Shown: positions 40,146-50,263, counted from the stretch's first letter. The stretch: 53,743 nt of DNA from Thermoplasmata archaeon (GCA_020348445.1 CP070751.1:2860309-2914051), one strand, 5' to 3'. Numbers and translations are program-made. The notes: generated by a model not told the origin, from the letters alone.

Positions 40146-40269
40146 TAAATCACCGAATAGAGATATAGATAGAGGGGTATATAAATCTACCTATCCATAT
40201 ACCATAAAGTATATATACCCATATGCCTATATAGGTATTAGAAGTGGTGTATATATAGGTAGAAAGGTG

Positions 40270-41439
40270 ATGAATGTGACAATACAAAATCCAAGACAAT
40301 TACGGGGGTTGGCCATCCTTTCCAGTGGATTGGAGGCTATAAAGCGTGTCTCAGATTATGAATATCAGGTAAAATCACAGCATGGTGACCATTATTATAC
40401 TGTGAAAAATACTAAATTTGGTATAACATGCACATGTCCAAATTGGCAAGAATACCAAACAGATTGTAAACATATTTTTGCAGTTACTTTCTCAATGCAA
40501 CTTCGATTAGAAGTTGAGAAAGAAATAGATACAAATAATATTTTAAAAGCCTCAGAAATAGTTGTATGCCCAGAATGTGAATCTGATAAGGTCATTAAAT
40601 TTGGCAGAAGGAAATGTAAGAAGGGCTACAATCAAAGATATGAATGTAAATCTTGTAACCATACTTTTGTAGTGAATAGAGAACTATCAAGACTCAAAGC
40701 CACCCCTGAAGTTATCTGTGTCTCTATGGATTTGTATTTCAAAGGAGTCTCATTAGCCAAAATAAAACATCACCTAAAATTGTTCTATAACCTAAATGTG
40801 GGGAGAAATACCATCATGCGTTGGATACATAAATTCTCTAAGATTCTAAGTGATTATTCTGAGAAGTATCAGCCCGAAGTAGGTGACCTTTGGCATTCTG
40901 ACGAAATGACAGCAAAGAATAGAGCCAATGGAAAGGGAGTAAGAAACCATGATTGGATTTGGAATTTGATGGATAGTGACACCCGATATCTTTTAGCTTC
41001 TAAAATCACCAAAACCAGAACTCCAGCCAACGCCAGAAAGCCATTAAGAGAGGGTAAGAAAAGGGCAGGAAAAACACCCAAGGCTCTTATTACTGACGGA
41101 CAACAATCTTATAATGAAGCTGTGAAAAAGGAATTTAGGGGTAAAGACTCAACAATCCACTTTCGCACAAGATCAAATAGAAAGCAATTCCTGAATCAGA
41201 ATCTTGAAAGGATGAACGGAACAGTAAGAGAGAGACTTAAGGTTATGAGAGGCTATGACCATAGGGAAACAGGACAGATAATCTTGGATGGTGAAAGATT
41301 CTACTACAACAACATAAGACCACATGAGAGCCTTAAGGGAATGACACCAGGACAGGTTGCAGGACTTCCTCATGTATCTGATGATGATAACCCTTGGCTT
41401 ACTTATATCAAGAAAGCTTTGGAAGAAAAAAATCATTAA
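40270..41439 (+). CDS. IS6-family DDE transposase with N-terminal SWIM finger and Zn ribbon
   Basis: SWIM CTCPNW..DCKHI, CPEC..CKSC, HTH, WHSDE, LITDG..SY, NQNLERMNGTVRER, YYNNIRPH; ATG 40270 follows AGGTG (frame open from 39751). Confidence 0.88.
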   Translation: MNVTIQNPRQLRGLAILSSGLEAIKRVSDYEYQVKSQHGDHYYTVKNTKFGITCTCPNWQEYQTDCKHIFAVTFSMQLRLEVEKEIDTNNILKASEIVVCPECESDKVIKFGRRKCKKGYNQRYECKSCNHTFVVNRELSRLKATPEVICVSMDLYFKGVSLAKIKHHLKLFYNLNVGRNTIMRWIHKFSKILSDYSEKYQPEVGDLWHSDEMTAKNRANGKGVRNHDWIWNLMDSDTRYLLASKITKTRTPANARKPLREGKKRAGKTPKALITDGQQSYNEAVKKEFRGKDSTIHFRTRSNRKQFLNQNLERMNGTVRERLKVMRGYDHRETGQIILDGERFYYNNIRPHESLKGMTPGQVAGLPHVSDDDNPWLTYIKKALEEKNH

Positions 41440-41544
41440 TCATCTTTTTTGTTATTTAGAAGGAATTTCTCTATTCCATTGAGAAACAAAACCATGTAGG
41501 AAATAATTAATATTAATCTAACAATAACCTTAAAGGAGATTAAT

Positions 41545-41742
41545 ATGGTTGAAATTCACTATCCATTAAAAGATTCTCCCTTACCTTTTCTCTTTCTTAT
41601 TTGTGGTGCAATTTTTGTATTTATTTCACTTTTTAGTGTAAATTATATTGATTTTTTAGGGTCTTTGGGACTATGTTTTTTATCATTAATGTTATTATTA
41701 ATAGGTGTAATTTTATCACTTAAAAAAGAAGGAAGGATTTAA
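41545..41742 (+). CDS. Transposon cargo: small two-TM membrane protein
   Basis: GGAG SD, two hydrophobic helices, basic tail. Confidence 0.6.
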   Translation: MVEIHYPLKDSPLPFLFLICGAIFVFISLFSVNYIDFLGSLGLCFLSLMLLLIGVILSLKKEGRI

Positions 41743-41760
41743 TTTATTTTGATTTTGTTT

Positions 41761-41822
41761 ACCAACCGAAATGGAACAGAAACAGCAAAATAAGGCAAAA
41801 CAACCTAACCTGGAACAGAACC
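41761..41822 (-). repeat. Right end: TIR plus second motif copy
   Basis: Minus strand reads CTGTTCCA-GGTTA-GGTTG (outer) and CTGTTCCA-TTTC-GGTTGGT (41761-41779). Confidence 0.85.
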
Positions 41823-42016
41823 AAATACATAAAATTATATATATAATGAAACCGATACCCTATAAAAGATTTACGGGATGCAAAATCAGTGGGATGCACA
41901 GATTCCGATACATGTTGACGATACAGGAGCGGATATACTGGATTTGTATAATTCCGCTTTTCGGAATGTGCCGTCCTTTCATGATTTCCCTTTGATAAAA
42001 ATAGGAGGTCACGAAT

Positions 42017-43138
42017 ATGAAATCGATAGTCCAGCAGGCTTTGTCGAGAAATGTGAATATTGAAAGTATGCAGGATGTGAAACAAGGATATCCAAACCGC
42101 AACCTTGAGGTGGATGCTGAGCTTGAGCAAATGCTCAAAAAACTGAAGACCAACATAAGGATCGTTGGTTGCGGTGGTGGTGGCTCAAACACCATCGCAA
42201 GAATAGCAGAAGAGGGTATTGTAGGAGCAGAACTCATCGCAGCCAACACCGACGCACAACATCTTCTGTCCATTCAGGCCCCGCGAAAGATTCTTTTGGG
42301 TAGAAGGGCCACAAGAGGATTGGGTGCAGGAGCACTGCCACAGGTGGGTGAGGAGGCTGCAAGGGAGGCCGAAGAGGAAATCAGAACCGCAATCACAGGC
42401 TCCCACATCGTGTTTTTGGCATGCGGACTTGGAGGCGGCACTGGAACAGGGAGTGCTGCTGTTGTGGCGGGAATAGCCAAGGACGTCGGTGCATTGACCA
42501 TAGCATTTACGACTTTCCCATTCAAGGGAGAGGGGAAACTCAGGGCAGAGAATGCCCAGTACGGTCTGGATAAGTTAAGGGATGTGGTGGACACAGTGGT
42601 TGTGATCCCCAACGACAAGCTCCTGGAACTGGTACCCAGACTTTCGCTTAATGCAGCATTTAAGGTTGCGGACGAGATTCTCATGCGCTCCATAAAGGGC
42701 TTAACTGAGATCATAACAAAGCCAGGACTTGTAAATCTGGACTTCAACGATTTAAAGACCATCATGAAGAGCGCGGGTGTGGCCATGATAGGCCTTGGGG
42801 AATCAAGCAGTGAAGGCGAGGACAGGGCAATGGAGGCCGTAAACGAGGCTTTGAATTCACCCCTTTTGGAGCTCGACATAAGCAATGCAAACGGAGTTCT
42901 GGTCAATGTCACAGGCGGAAGGGATATGACCGTTTCCGAGGCTGAGAGGGTTGCCGAGGAGATCCATGCAAGGGTCAATCCAAATGCGAGAATCATCTGG
43001 GGAGCTGCAATCGATCCAACCCTTGAGAACACAGTAAGAGTCATGCTCGTTGTGACTGGAGTCAAATCAAAGCAGGTCATGGGCAAGAAACAGTTCTATG
43101 AAGGAATCGAAAACGTAGGAATCGATTTTGTAAGGTAA
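42017..43138 (+). CDS. ftsZ: Cell division protein FtsZ (copy 1)
   Basis: [34 protein letters not shown]; SD GGAGGT. Confidence 0.97.
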   Translation: MKSIVQQALSRNVNIESMQDVKQGYPNRNLEVDAELEQMLKKLKTNIRIVGCGGGGSNTIARIAEEGIVGAELIAANTDAQHLLSIQAPRKILLGRRATRGLGAGALPQVGEEAAREAEEEIRTAITGSHIVFLACGLGGGTGTGSAAVVAGIAKDVGALTIAFTTFPFKGEGKLRAENAQYGLDKLRDVVDTVVVIPNDKLLELVPRLSLNAAFKVADEILMRSIKGLTEIITKPGLVNLDFNDLKTIMKSAGVAMIGLGESSSEGEDRAMEAVNEALNSPLLELDISNANGVLVNVTGGRDMTVSEAERVAEEIHARVNPNARIIWGAAIDPTLENTVRVMLVVTGVKSKQVMGKKQFYEGIENVGIDFVR

Positions 43139-43328
43139 TTGCAGGATAAGTAAGGACAAAATCGTCTTACGAATCGTTGCCAAAAACTGTCTTTTCTTTA
43201 TCTTTTTTCACTTCTTATCCATGGGTCTATCCCTTGAATTTCTCCATAAAACAGGCGGGTTTTGGCCTCGACCGAAACTATTTATATTCTAAAAGGCATT
43301 CACGGGTGAAATTTCTTGGAGGTTTAAT

Positions 43329-44438
43329 ATGAAATCTATTGTCCAGGAAGTGTTGTCACGTTCAAGTGCAGAGACTATGACACCAGAGGTACCCACAATG
43401 CAAAGACGCATCACAGCAGATGATGAGGAACTGGAGCGGGTACTTGCTGGTCTTAAGACAAATATCAAAATCGTGGGATGCGGAGGTGGAGGATGCAACA
43501 CCATAAACAGGCTCGTGGAAACCGGTGTTATGGGTGCAGAGCTTTATGCCCTGAACACCGATGCCCAGCACCTTCTTACCATTGCTTCTCCAAACAAGAT
43601 CCTTTTGGGAAGAAGAACCACCCGGGGTCTCGGGGCTGGAGCCCTGCCGCAGGTTGGAGAGGAGGCCACAAGGGAGGCAGATGAGGAAATCAGATCCGCC
43701 CTCGTGGGAGGCGATATCGTATTCGTCACATGCGGGCTCGGCGGAGGAACAGGCACGGGATCCGCGTCGGTCGTGGCTGGCATCGCCAAGGAAAGTGGTG
43801 CTCTCACCATCGCAATCTGCACAACTCCCTTCAGAGCAGAGGGAATGGTGCGGATGGAGAACGCTGAATATGGTATGGAACGCCTTCGAGAGATAGCCGA
43901 TACTGTAATTGTCATACCCAACGATAAACTGCTTGAACTTGTGCCGAGATTATCCCTAAATGCTGCATTTAAGGTTGCTGACGAGATACTCATGCGCTCT
44001 ATAAAGGGTATCACAGAGATCATCACGAAGCCTGGACTTGTGAACCTCGATTTCAATGATCTCAAAACCATTATGAAGGGCGGCGGCGTGGCCATGATTG
44101 GCCTGGGTGAAGCAGAATCTGACAACAGAGCAATAGAGGCAGTTAATGAGGCCTTAAGCTCCCCGCTATTGGAGGTGGACATAAGTGAGGCCACAGGTGC
44201 CCTGGTGAATGTTACAGGAGGAAATGACATGACCGTTTCCGAGGCAGAAGCTGTGGCAGAAGAGGTTCACAGCCGAATCAGTGCAAATGCCAGGATTATC
44301 TGGGGGGCCACAATTGATCCCACAATAGAGAACAGAATAAGGGTCATGATCGTCGTAACGGGAGTGAAATCCAAGCAGATTTTAGGACCAGGTGGAATAG
44401 CAAGGGAGAGCGAAATCGGAATTGAATTTGTCAAGTGA
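43329..44438 (+). CDS. ftsZ: Cell division protein FtsZ (copy 2)
   Basis: [27 protein letters not shown]; own TTTATA and GGAGGT. Confidence 0.97.
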   Translation: MKSIVQEVLSRSSAETMTPEVPTMQRRITADDEELERVLAGLKTNIKIVGCGGGGCNTINRLVETGVMGAELYALNTDAQHLLTIASPNKILLGRRTTRGLGAGALPQVGEEATREADEEIRSALVGGDIVFVTCGLGGGTGTGSASVVAGIAKESGALTIAICTTPFRAEGMVRMENAEYGMERLREIADTVIVIPNDKLLELVPRLSLNAAFKVADEILMRSIKGITEIITKPGLVNLDFNDLKTIMKGGGVAMIGLGEAESDNRAIEAVNEALSSPLLEVDISEATGALVNVTGGNDMTVSEAEAVAEEVHSRISANARIIWGATIDPTIENRIRVMIVVTGVKSKQILGPGGIARESEIGIEFVK

Positions 44439-44492
44439 AACTTTTTATATTAGAAAAGGACATTAGTGGGTAAGAAAAGCTGAGGGCGAAAG

Positions 44493-44738
44493 ATGAAACT
44501 CAGAATCAGGGAAAAATCCTGGGAACTACAGGAGAAAATCGAAGAGAAGACTCGATATATCGGTAAAGGCAAGTACGGTAGAGTATTGAAAATGGCCAGA
44601 AAACCCACGCCAGAGGAGTACACAAAAACCCTGCAGATAACAGGCATTGGTATCATTTTGTTGGGCGGTATTGGTTTTTTGATCTTCTTTATATGGACCC
44701 AAGCACCAGGTTTTTTCGCTGACCTCTTTGGATATTAA
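44493..44738 (+). CDS. secE: Protein translocase SecE/Sec61-gamma
   Basis: YGRVLKMARKPTPEEY + TM GIILLGGIGFLI; canonical position. Confidence 0.93.
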   Translation: MKLRIREKSWELQEKIEEKTRYIGKGKYGRVLKMARKPTPEEYTKTLQITGIGIILLGGIGFLIFFIWTQAPGFFADLFGY

Positions 44739-44773
44739 CATCCCCACTGAAGGTCAAATTTGGAGGTATAGGT

Positions 44774-45733
44774 TTGGTATCACAGGACGATAAGGAGGAG
44801 GCACCTGAGAAGGAGTCCGCCTCGGAGGAAAAAAAAGAGACTGAGCATGAACCTAAGGGTGAGGAGGAGGAAAAGCCCAAAGAGGAGCTCGTGGAGGGTT
44901 TTGGCCTCGAGATGAAATGCGAGGAGGTCAAGCATCAAATCATAGCTGGAAAAGCCACAAACTTTGACCTGATGATCAAGAATAAGGGTAAGAAAAAGGA
45001 CACCTTCCACATCAATATTAACACCATCAATCCCCTTAGATCCGAGGAATCACCTGAGTGGTTCATAAAGCTGTATCTCGACAGAGAGGAGTTGTTGGAA
45101 AAGGAGATGCAGGATATTCTTGAGACAGATTTGGATGTAGAAGGCGGTAGAACCGTAGTATTGAGAATCGAGATTACTGCTCCTCACAGTGTGGACTACG
45201 GTGAAAGAGTGGACATGGTGGTTACCACAAACTCAAAAGGCGATCCTGCCCAGTCAGATTCAATAACTTTCGCGATCTTGGTAAAACAGAGCGTACTTGC
45301 AATCAAGACCTCAATAGGACACGAAAGAGCAGTTGCAGATACTCTTTATATGAGAGCCCAAAAGAAGGACACCGGAATCTATTCCATTCTCGCCCCTGAG
45401 AAGCTCAGAGGCTATGTTCTGGTTGAGACAATAAATCCCGACGGTCTTGGTAAGGTGGTAAAGGGGATAAAACGGGCAAGAGGTGTTGTCGAAGGAGATA
45501 TCCCTTTTGACGAGATCAACCATTTTCTCACGCCCAAACCTCTTGTTGCAGGCATAGTTGTGGGTGATATAGTAGAGCTCATCGCAGGCCCATTCAAAGG
45601 AGAGAAGGCAAGGGTTCAGCAAATCGACGAGTCAAAAGAGGAGATCACAGTGGAGCTTTTCGAGGCGGTTGTTCCAATTCCAATAACAATACGCGGCGAT
45701 AATGTCAGGGTTTTAGAGACAGAAGGACGGTGA
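44774..45733 (+). CDS. spt5: Transcription elongation factor Spt5/NusG with N-terminal acidic tail and Ig-like domain
   Basis: C-terminal half has NGN ([15 protein letters not shown]) and KOW ([18 protein letters not shown]); N-terminal ~170 aa extra. Confidence 0.92.
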   Translation: MVSQDDKEEAPEKESASEEKKETEHEPKGEEEEKPKEELVEGFGLEMKCEEVKHQIIAGKATNFDLMIKNKGKKKDTFHININTINPLRSEESPEWFIKLYLDREELLEKEMQDILETDLDVEGGRTVVLRIEITAPHSVDYGERVDMVVTTNSKGDPAQSDSITFAILVKQSVLAIKTSIGHERAVADTLYMRAQKKDTGIYSILAPEKLRGYVLVETINPDGLGKVVKGIKRARGVVEGDIPFDEINHFLTPKPLVAGIVVGDIVELIAGPFKGEKARVQQIDESKEEITVELFEAVVPIPITIRGDNVRVLETEGR

Positions 45734-45740
45734 ACAAAAA

Positions 45741-46226
45741 ATGCCAGAGGTACTTGAAGTGCTTGTGGAGGGAGGAAAAGCCACAAGCGGCCCCCCCGTA
45801 GGTCCCGCCTTGGGCCCCATGGGCCTCAACATCATGCAGGTAGTAAACGAGATCAACGAGAAGACCAAGGCCTTTGAAGGGATGAAGGTCCCGGTAAAGT
45901 TGGTAATCGATACAAAAGCGAAAACATATGAGATTTCTGTGGGAACACCTCCAACATCTGCTCTCATTTTAAAGGAGCTAGGAATTGAGAAGGGTGGAAA
46001 GGACCAAAGGGAGGACAAGGTGGGTAACCTGAGTGTGGATCAGGCCAAGAAGATAGCTCTGATCAAGAAGGACTCGGTATTAGGGACCAACCTGAAGGAA
46101 AAGGTGAAGGAGGTCGTGGGATCCTGCATCTCCATGGGAGTCACAGTGGAGGGTAAGGACCCAAGAGAGGTTCAGCAGGAGATAAACGACGGGAAGTACG
46201 ACCATATTCTCACTGCTTCTGGGTGA
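45741..46226 (+). CDS. rpl11: 50S ribosomal protein L11
   Basis: [30 protein letters not shown]. Confidence 0.97.
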   Translation: MPEVLEVLVEGGKATSGPPVGPALGPMGLNIMQVVNEINEKTKAFEGMKVPVKLVIDTKAKTYEISVGTPPTSALILKELGIEKGGKDQREDKVGNLSVDQAKKIALIKKDSVLGTNLKEKVKEVVGSCISMGVTVEGKDPREVQQEINDGKYDHILTASG

Positions 46227-46238
46227 AGATAGTTCTTT

Positions 46239-48326
46239 TTATAATGGAATCTCCCAAACCACTTCAGCTTTCGAATGGACATAATAGCCCCTCCCTCTCT
46301 CGAAGTAATCAAACTCGCCTATTTGCTCCCATTTTTGGCTAGAGGCGTTATAGGTCCAGATTGCATCAATTTCGGTGTTAAAAGTAAGATTATTTAGGGC
46401 TATTGTTCTGCTTTTATTGCTCAATGAGGGGTATCCTACAAGGTTCCATCCTGGTTTGAGGGAAATACTCTGATTTTCCATCGGTATTATTCCTAAGCAT
46501 TGTAATAAAATCCCACCTGGTTGAGTTACATGTATCCAAAATCCCATTTTGTGGTCAATATTCTCTAAATTGTTCAAATGTGAGGGTTTTGAGATTTGGT
46601 AATGTTTCCAAGGGTCAGAGTAGTCATTAGCGTCATACATCTGCACTGCATCATATGAGCCATTTATTGAGTTCAGAACACTCTCAAGGTCTGTATCCAT
46701 CTGAATAAATGGAATCGAGATCAGGTTCCAACTCTCATACAACCACATTACGTAATTTTGGGTCGTATCAATTGTGAAATTCCAGATCCAATTGGGAGAA
46801 GTCATATTGAATCCATCATATGTATAAGTATGCCAATACCATTTGCCATCCGGTAATGGAGGGGTTTTCCAGGATGTGGATGTGATCCAGCCGCTGTAAT
46901 AGACTGTTCCGGTTTCAGCGTCGGGTTGGTCTGAAATCGTAAAATTGTAGTAAACTGTATCATTGTCTAGGTCGGTGATTGAGGTGACTCTTAAAAGGGG
47001 AGTATTATTGGTAAGAGTGGAATTGATTGGTGGAGAAATTGGGGTGGTCATTGGTGGTTCCCAGTTTGAGCGGGTGAAGTAAATGTCCCAATCCCCTTTT
47101 CGGTCATCTTGCCACACTATGAAAGCGTGACTTCCATTTACGGCGATTGCGTTTGATGGTGTGTAAACTGCAGAAATATTAGGACCATTGTTTATTTTTT
47201 GATTCGAACTAAATGTATTACCGCCATCTGTTGAGTTAGCAAAATAAATATTGTATCCACCTTCACGTTCGTCTAACCATGTTATAAAAATCTTCTCCTC
47301 CTCATTTACAGCAATAGATGGTTGATATTGTTTTGCAATTCCTGGGTCATCATTTACCTGTTTCCTTATAGTAAAATTATCTCCACCATTTGTAGATTTG
47401 GCATAAGAGATATTAGTGTCTGTTCCCTGGTAATCTACCCAAACCACGTAAATATTATTGTCATAATCTACACCAAGCGAAGGCATTCTTTGACCATCGA
47501 TTAGAGGATTATCGCTGACCTTCTTTTGTTGAGTAAATGTATTTCCACCATCAGTTGACTTAGAAAAATAAATATAAAATTTACCATCTGGGTTATCCTC
47601 CCATACAATATAAATGACCTTATTATTATCTATAGCAATTTTAGGATAAAAAACTCCTGAACCAACCATATCATTTACTCTTTTATTTTCTCCAAATGTA
47701 TTTCCATCATCTGTAGAATTAGCAAAATAAATACCCCCTCTTTGATCCTCCCACACTACACCTATAAGACCATTGTTCGCTGCAATAGAGGGGACATTTT
47801 GCCAAATATTTCCAGTCTCATCAAGTATTCTTTTATTATCACCGAAGGTAATCCCGCCATCTGTTGAGTTAGCAAAATAAATGTCAATACTATATGGGTC
47901 TGGAGAGTTTCGGTAGTCCTGCCATACAACATAGATATTGCCGTTACTTTTATCGACTGCCATTGAAGGACAACATGTAGAATTATTAATAGATGCATCG
48001 TCTACACGAATACTCGTCCCAAAGGATACCATATTATCTAGCGACTTAGCGAAATATATATGACTTCGATGATCTCCAGTGAGTCTATTATCCTCCCATA
48101 CAATATATATATTATTGCTAAATAACGCTATATCCGGCCATGTTTGATTCGTAAAATTGATATCTGTATCATCAACTCGAATATTGCCACTGAAATTTTC
48201 AGCATTAACAATTTGAAATGAAGGAATGAAAGATAACTTTAAACCTAAGATCATTAACGAAGTGATGATGAGATAAATTCTATCACTAATTAATATTTTT
48301 TTCTTCTTAATGAACAGATTTTTCAC
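46239..48326 (-). CDS. Secreted BNR/Asp-box beta-propeller protein with C-terminal GWNL-type module
   Basis: Signal peptide, repeated YFA(K/N)STDGG.TF, C-terminal WNLISIP..GFW / GWNLVGYP..GRGYY. Confidence 0.85.
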   Translation of the reverse strand: MKNLFIKKKKILISDRIYLIITSLMILGLKLSFIPSFQIVNAENFSGNIRVDDTDINFTNQTWPDIALFSNNIYIVWEDNRLTGDHRSHIYFAKSLDNMVSFGTSIRVDDASINNSTCCPSMAVDKSNGNIYVVWQDYRNSPDPYSIDIYFANSTDGGITFGDNKRILDETGNIWQNVPSIAANNGLIGVVWEDQRGGIYFANSTDDGNTFGENKRVNDMVGSGVFYPKIAIDNNKVIYIVWEDNPDGKFYIYFSKSTDGGNTFTQQKKVSDNPLIDGQRMPSLGVDYDNNIYVVWVDYQGTDTNISYAKSTNGGDNFTIRKQVNDDPGIAKQYQPSIAVNEEEKIFITWLDEREGGYNIYFANSTDGGNTFSSNQKINNGPNISAVYTPSNAIAVNGSHAFIVWQDDRKGDWDIYFTRSNWEPPMTTPISPPINSTLTNNTPLLRVTSITDLDNDTVYYNFTISDQPDAETGTVYYSGWITSTSWKTPPLPDGKWYWHTYTYDGFNMTSPNWIWNFTIDTTQNYVMWLYESWNLISIPFIQMDTDLESVLNSINGSYDAVQMYDANDYSDPWKHYQISKPSHLNNLENIDHKMGFWIHVTQPGGILLQCLGIIPMENQSISLKPGWNLVGYPSLSNKSRTIALNNLTFNTEIDAIWTYNASSQKWEQIGEFDYFERGRGYYVHSKAEVVWEIPL

Positions 48327-48439
48327 CTCTAAATTCTTACTATAGCATGGAGTTGCCTTAAATCTTTCGCCTAATGAGAACTAATTTATAGATTTATTTC
48401 AACTTTTAATAGTCTGTTTAAAATTCCGTTAATGAAAAG

Positions 48440-48748
48440 TTAATTTCGACTAGTAGAATATGGATCATAATCCACATAGTTTGAGACTCTATCTCCATTT
48501 CCCGGTCCAAATCCCGAAGGGCCACCAGCGTCGTTCCACCAATTATTTTGTGCATCAATTTCGAGAGAATCGTCAGTATTAATTACCCCCCATCCTTCTC
48601 CACCAGCTCCTCCACCGTTATTAGCGATATTATTATAATTGATCACCGGGTCGCTCCCTCCTTCACTCCATACTCCATACCATGTGTTGTTTTCGATATC
48701 GTTGGATTTGGACACCTGGACACCCTCCTCTATGTCTTTAAGGCACAA
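48440..48748 (-). pseudogene. 3' fragment of a right-handed beta-helix (pectin-lyase-like) surface protein
   Basis: INYNNIANN...IDAQNNWW..GP..GDRVSNYVDYDP; no signal peptide or upstream continuation. Confidence 0.65.
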
Positions 48749-48803
48749 CCTGAATTGTTATATTAAAGAATAATATTGTTTCCCGGGTATTAGGATTTTT
48801 TGG

Positions 48804-48985
48804 AGGGGCACAACCTCTGTACCCCACCCTTCACCCCCTTTCCGCTTCTCCGCCTTCGAGGTCTCACTTCGTTCGCCCTCTTAATTCTCAAATTCCTTCG
48901 GAATCCGAGAATGGCTCGTTCCCCCTCTACCCTTGCAATCGGTGAACTCCCTATAGGGGGAACTCACCTGCTCGAAGCGGGTTGA
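48804..48985. other. GC/pyrimidine-rich multi-hairpin element
   Basis: Hairpins at 48884-48912, 48941-48968 and 48967-48981 in an otherwise AT-rich region. Confidence 0.5.
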
Positions 48986-48998
48986 TGTTATCAGTTTT

Positions 48999-49586
48999 TT
49001 AGTTTGTGATATATTTCTGTTGAATATATCTCATACATCCCTCATAAATTGGAACACAGACTATATCGATTGGAATAGGAAACTTATTTGGAATTCTTAC
49101 TTGGATCTTAAAATGGGATATCAGTTCATTCACCAATTTTTTATGATCAGGTTTTTTCGAATTGAACCTTCCTGATGTATGAGCAAAAATATTTCTTAAT
49201 CTGCGAAGCAAATCTAATTCCTTCCAACCATTAATTGAATGATCTATTGAAATTTTATCAGAAATAATATTATAAGAATTCAGTAAAGCATACAGACGGA
49301 TAAGAAAGTTTTGATTTATCCAACCAGAAATTTCATTATTATTTTTGATATGTTTTTTTGTTATAGGTTGATTCAAGATAAATTTGATATTAAGCCCCTC
49401 ATTGATATAGTATGGTGCAGTAGTAATATTATGTTTACCTAACATATTCTCTTCCATATAAGGAAAATATGCTTTAGTGTTAATGAAGTTATTTTTAAGA
49501 ATTTCCATATCGCGTAAAAGAGTTTTAATTGACCTTTGCTTCATATTACCATCCTCCATCCTCATAATTAGTTGAAACTGCATCAA
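48999..49586 (-). CDS. HEPN-domain protein (putative RNase)
   Basis: Helical protein with LRRLRNIFAH (Rx4H). Confidence 0.6.
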   Translation of the reverse strand: MMQFQLIMRMEDGNMKQRSIKTLLRDMEILKNNFINTKAYFPYMEENMLGKHNITTAPYYINEGLNIKFILNQPITKKHIKNNNEISGWINQNFLIRLYALLNSYNIISDKISIDHSINGWKELDLLRRLRNIFAHTSGRFNSKKPDHKKLVNELISHFKIQVRIPNKFPIPIDIVCVPIYEGCMRYIQQKYITN

Positions 49587-49792
49587 TGTATTATCTTTTA
49601 TTCATTTCTATCCGAGTACTCAGAAAAGCCATAAAAATCGGTTTCGGAAAACCAACCCCAACCTCATTTTAAGACTTTTGGGCATCCCCCAACCTCGTAA
49701 TCTCAGTTTCTATCAGCTCCGCTATTTCTTTCTCCTTCAACTTTTTGTCCTTTTTTTATTGATGACAAAAAGTCATCAGGAGGTGATAGAAG

Positions 49793-50188
49793 TTGAGAAG
49801 AAAGATAATTGATTATAACCTACTGAGTACCAAGGGTGTTACATTCAATCGTTTGGATATAAACAAGTTGGTCAAGTATCCAAAAGAAAGCTGGGAACAT
49901 TTTGCAGTGAAGTCACAAATATTCTATATACTTCGTACAATGGACCATGATGTTCTAACAGAATTCGAGATTACTGGTTTTGGTATCGGAGATGTAATTG
50001 ACATATCCACTAGAATCACATGCCAGTATGAAATCGAAACTGCAATAAAATCAGCTAAACATCATAAGACAATTCAGAAGTATGCGAGACGGGGTTTGGA
50101 TATCATTATTGTATATATACCAAAGTTACCCAATGATGAATATGACCGCTATAAATATCTTAAAGATGTGATCATCGTACCAGATTGA
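49793..50188 (+). CDS. Small PD-(D/E)XK-like nuclease-fold protein
   Basis: SD AGGAGGTGA, HFAVK..., GDVID..YEIET motif. Confidence 0.5.
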   Translation: MRRKIIDYNLLSTKGVTFNRLDINKLVKYPKESWEHFAVKSQIFYILRTMDHDVLTEFEITGFGIGDVIDISTRITCQYEIETAIKSAKHHKTIQKYARRGLDIIIVYIPKLPNDEYDRYKYLKDVIIVPD

Positions 50189-50263
50189 CCATTATAATCT
50201 CTTTTTTTGTGATTCTTAAAGCTAAATTTATTATTAACTAAGTTGAAGCCTTGAAAAATATAT

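Larger units (their letters stand above)
37613..41822. mobile_element. IS6-family-like cargo transposon, 4,210 bp
   Basis: Perfect 13-bp TIR GGTTCTGTTCCAG (37613-37625 / 41810-41822), 8-bp direct repeat AAATACAT at 37605-37612 and 41823-41830, internal DDE transposase, AT-rich cargo. Confidence 0.92.

Noticed and set aside
39751-40269. ORF-track 562-aa transposase starting at TTG 39751
   Set aside because: That start lies inside the tRNA anticodon loop and the extension overlaps a convincing antisense AbrB gene. ATG 40270 has an SD. The open frame from 39817 is kept only as a hypothesis.
43544-44230. Long antisense ORFs over ftsZ, alaS, map, gatE and the toxin (e.g. 42274-43086, 43544-44230, 3566-4156)
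   Set aside because: Shadow frames of well-conserved genes with no independent motifs.
46306-46361. Identical 56-bp blocks in the BNR paralogs as a DGR TR/VR pair
   Set aside because: Both copies are coding and identical, with no adenine-specific variation and no RT; simple duplication or conversion explains them.
49640-49750. Minus-strand stretch reading like a gene tail (KKLKEKEIAELIETEITRLGDAQKS*)
   Set aside because: Too short to assign; no start or recognisable family.
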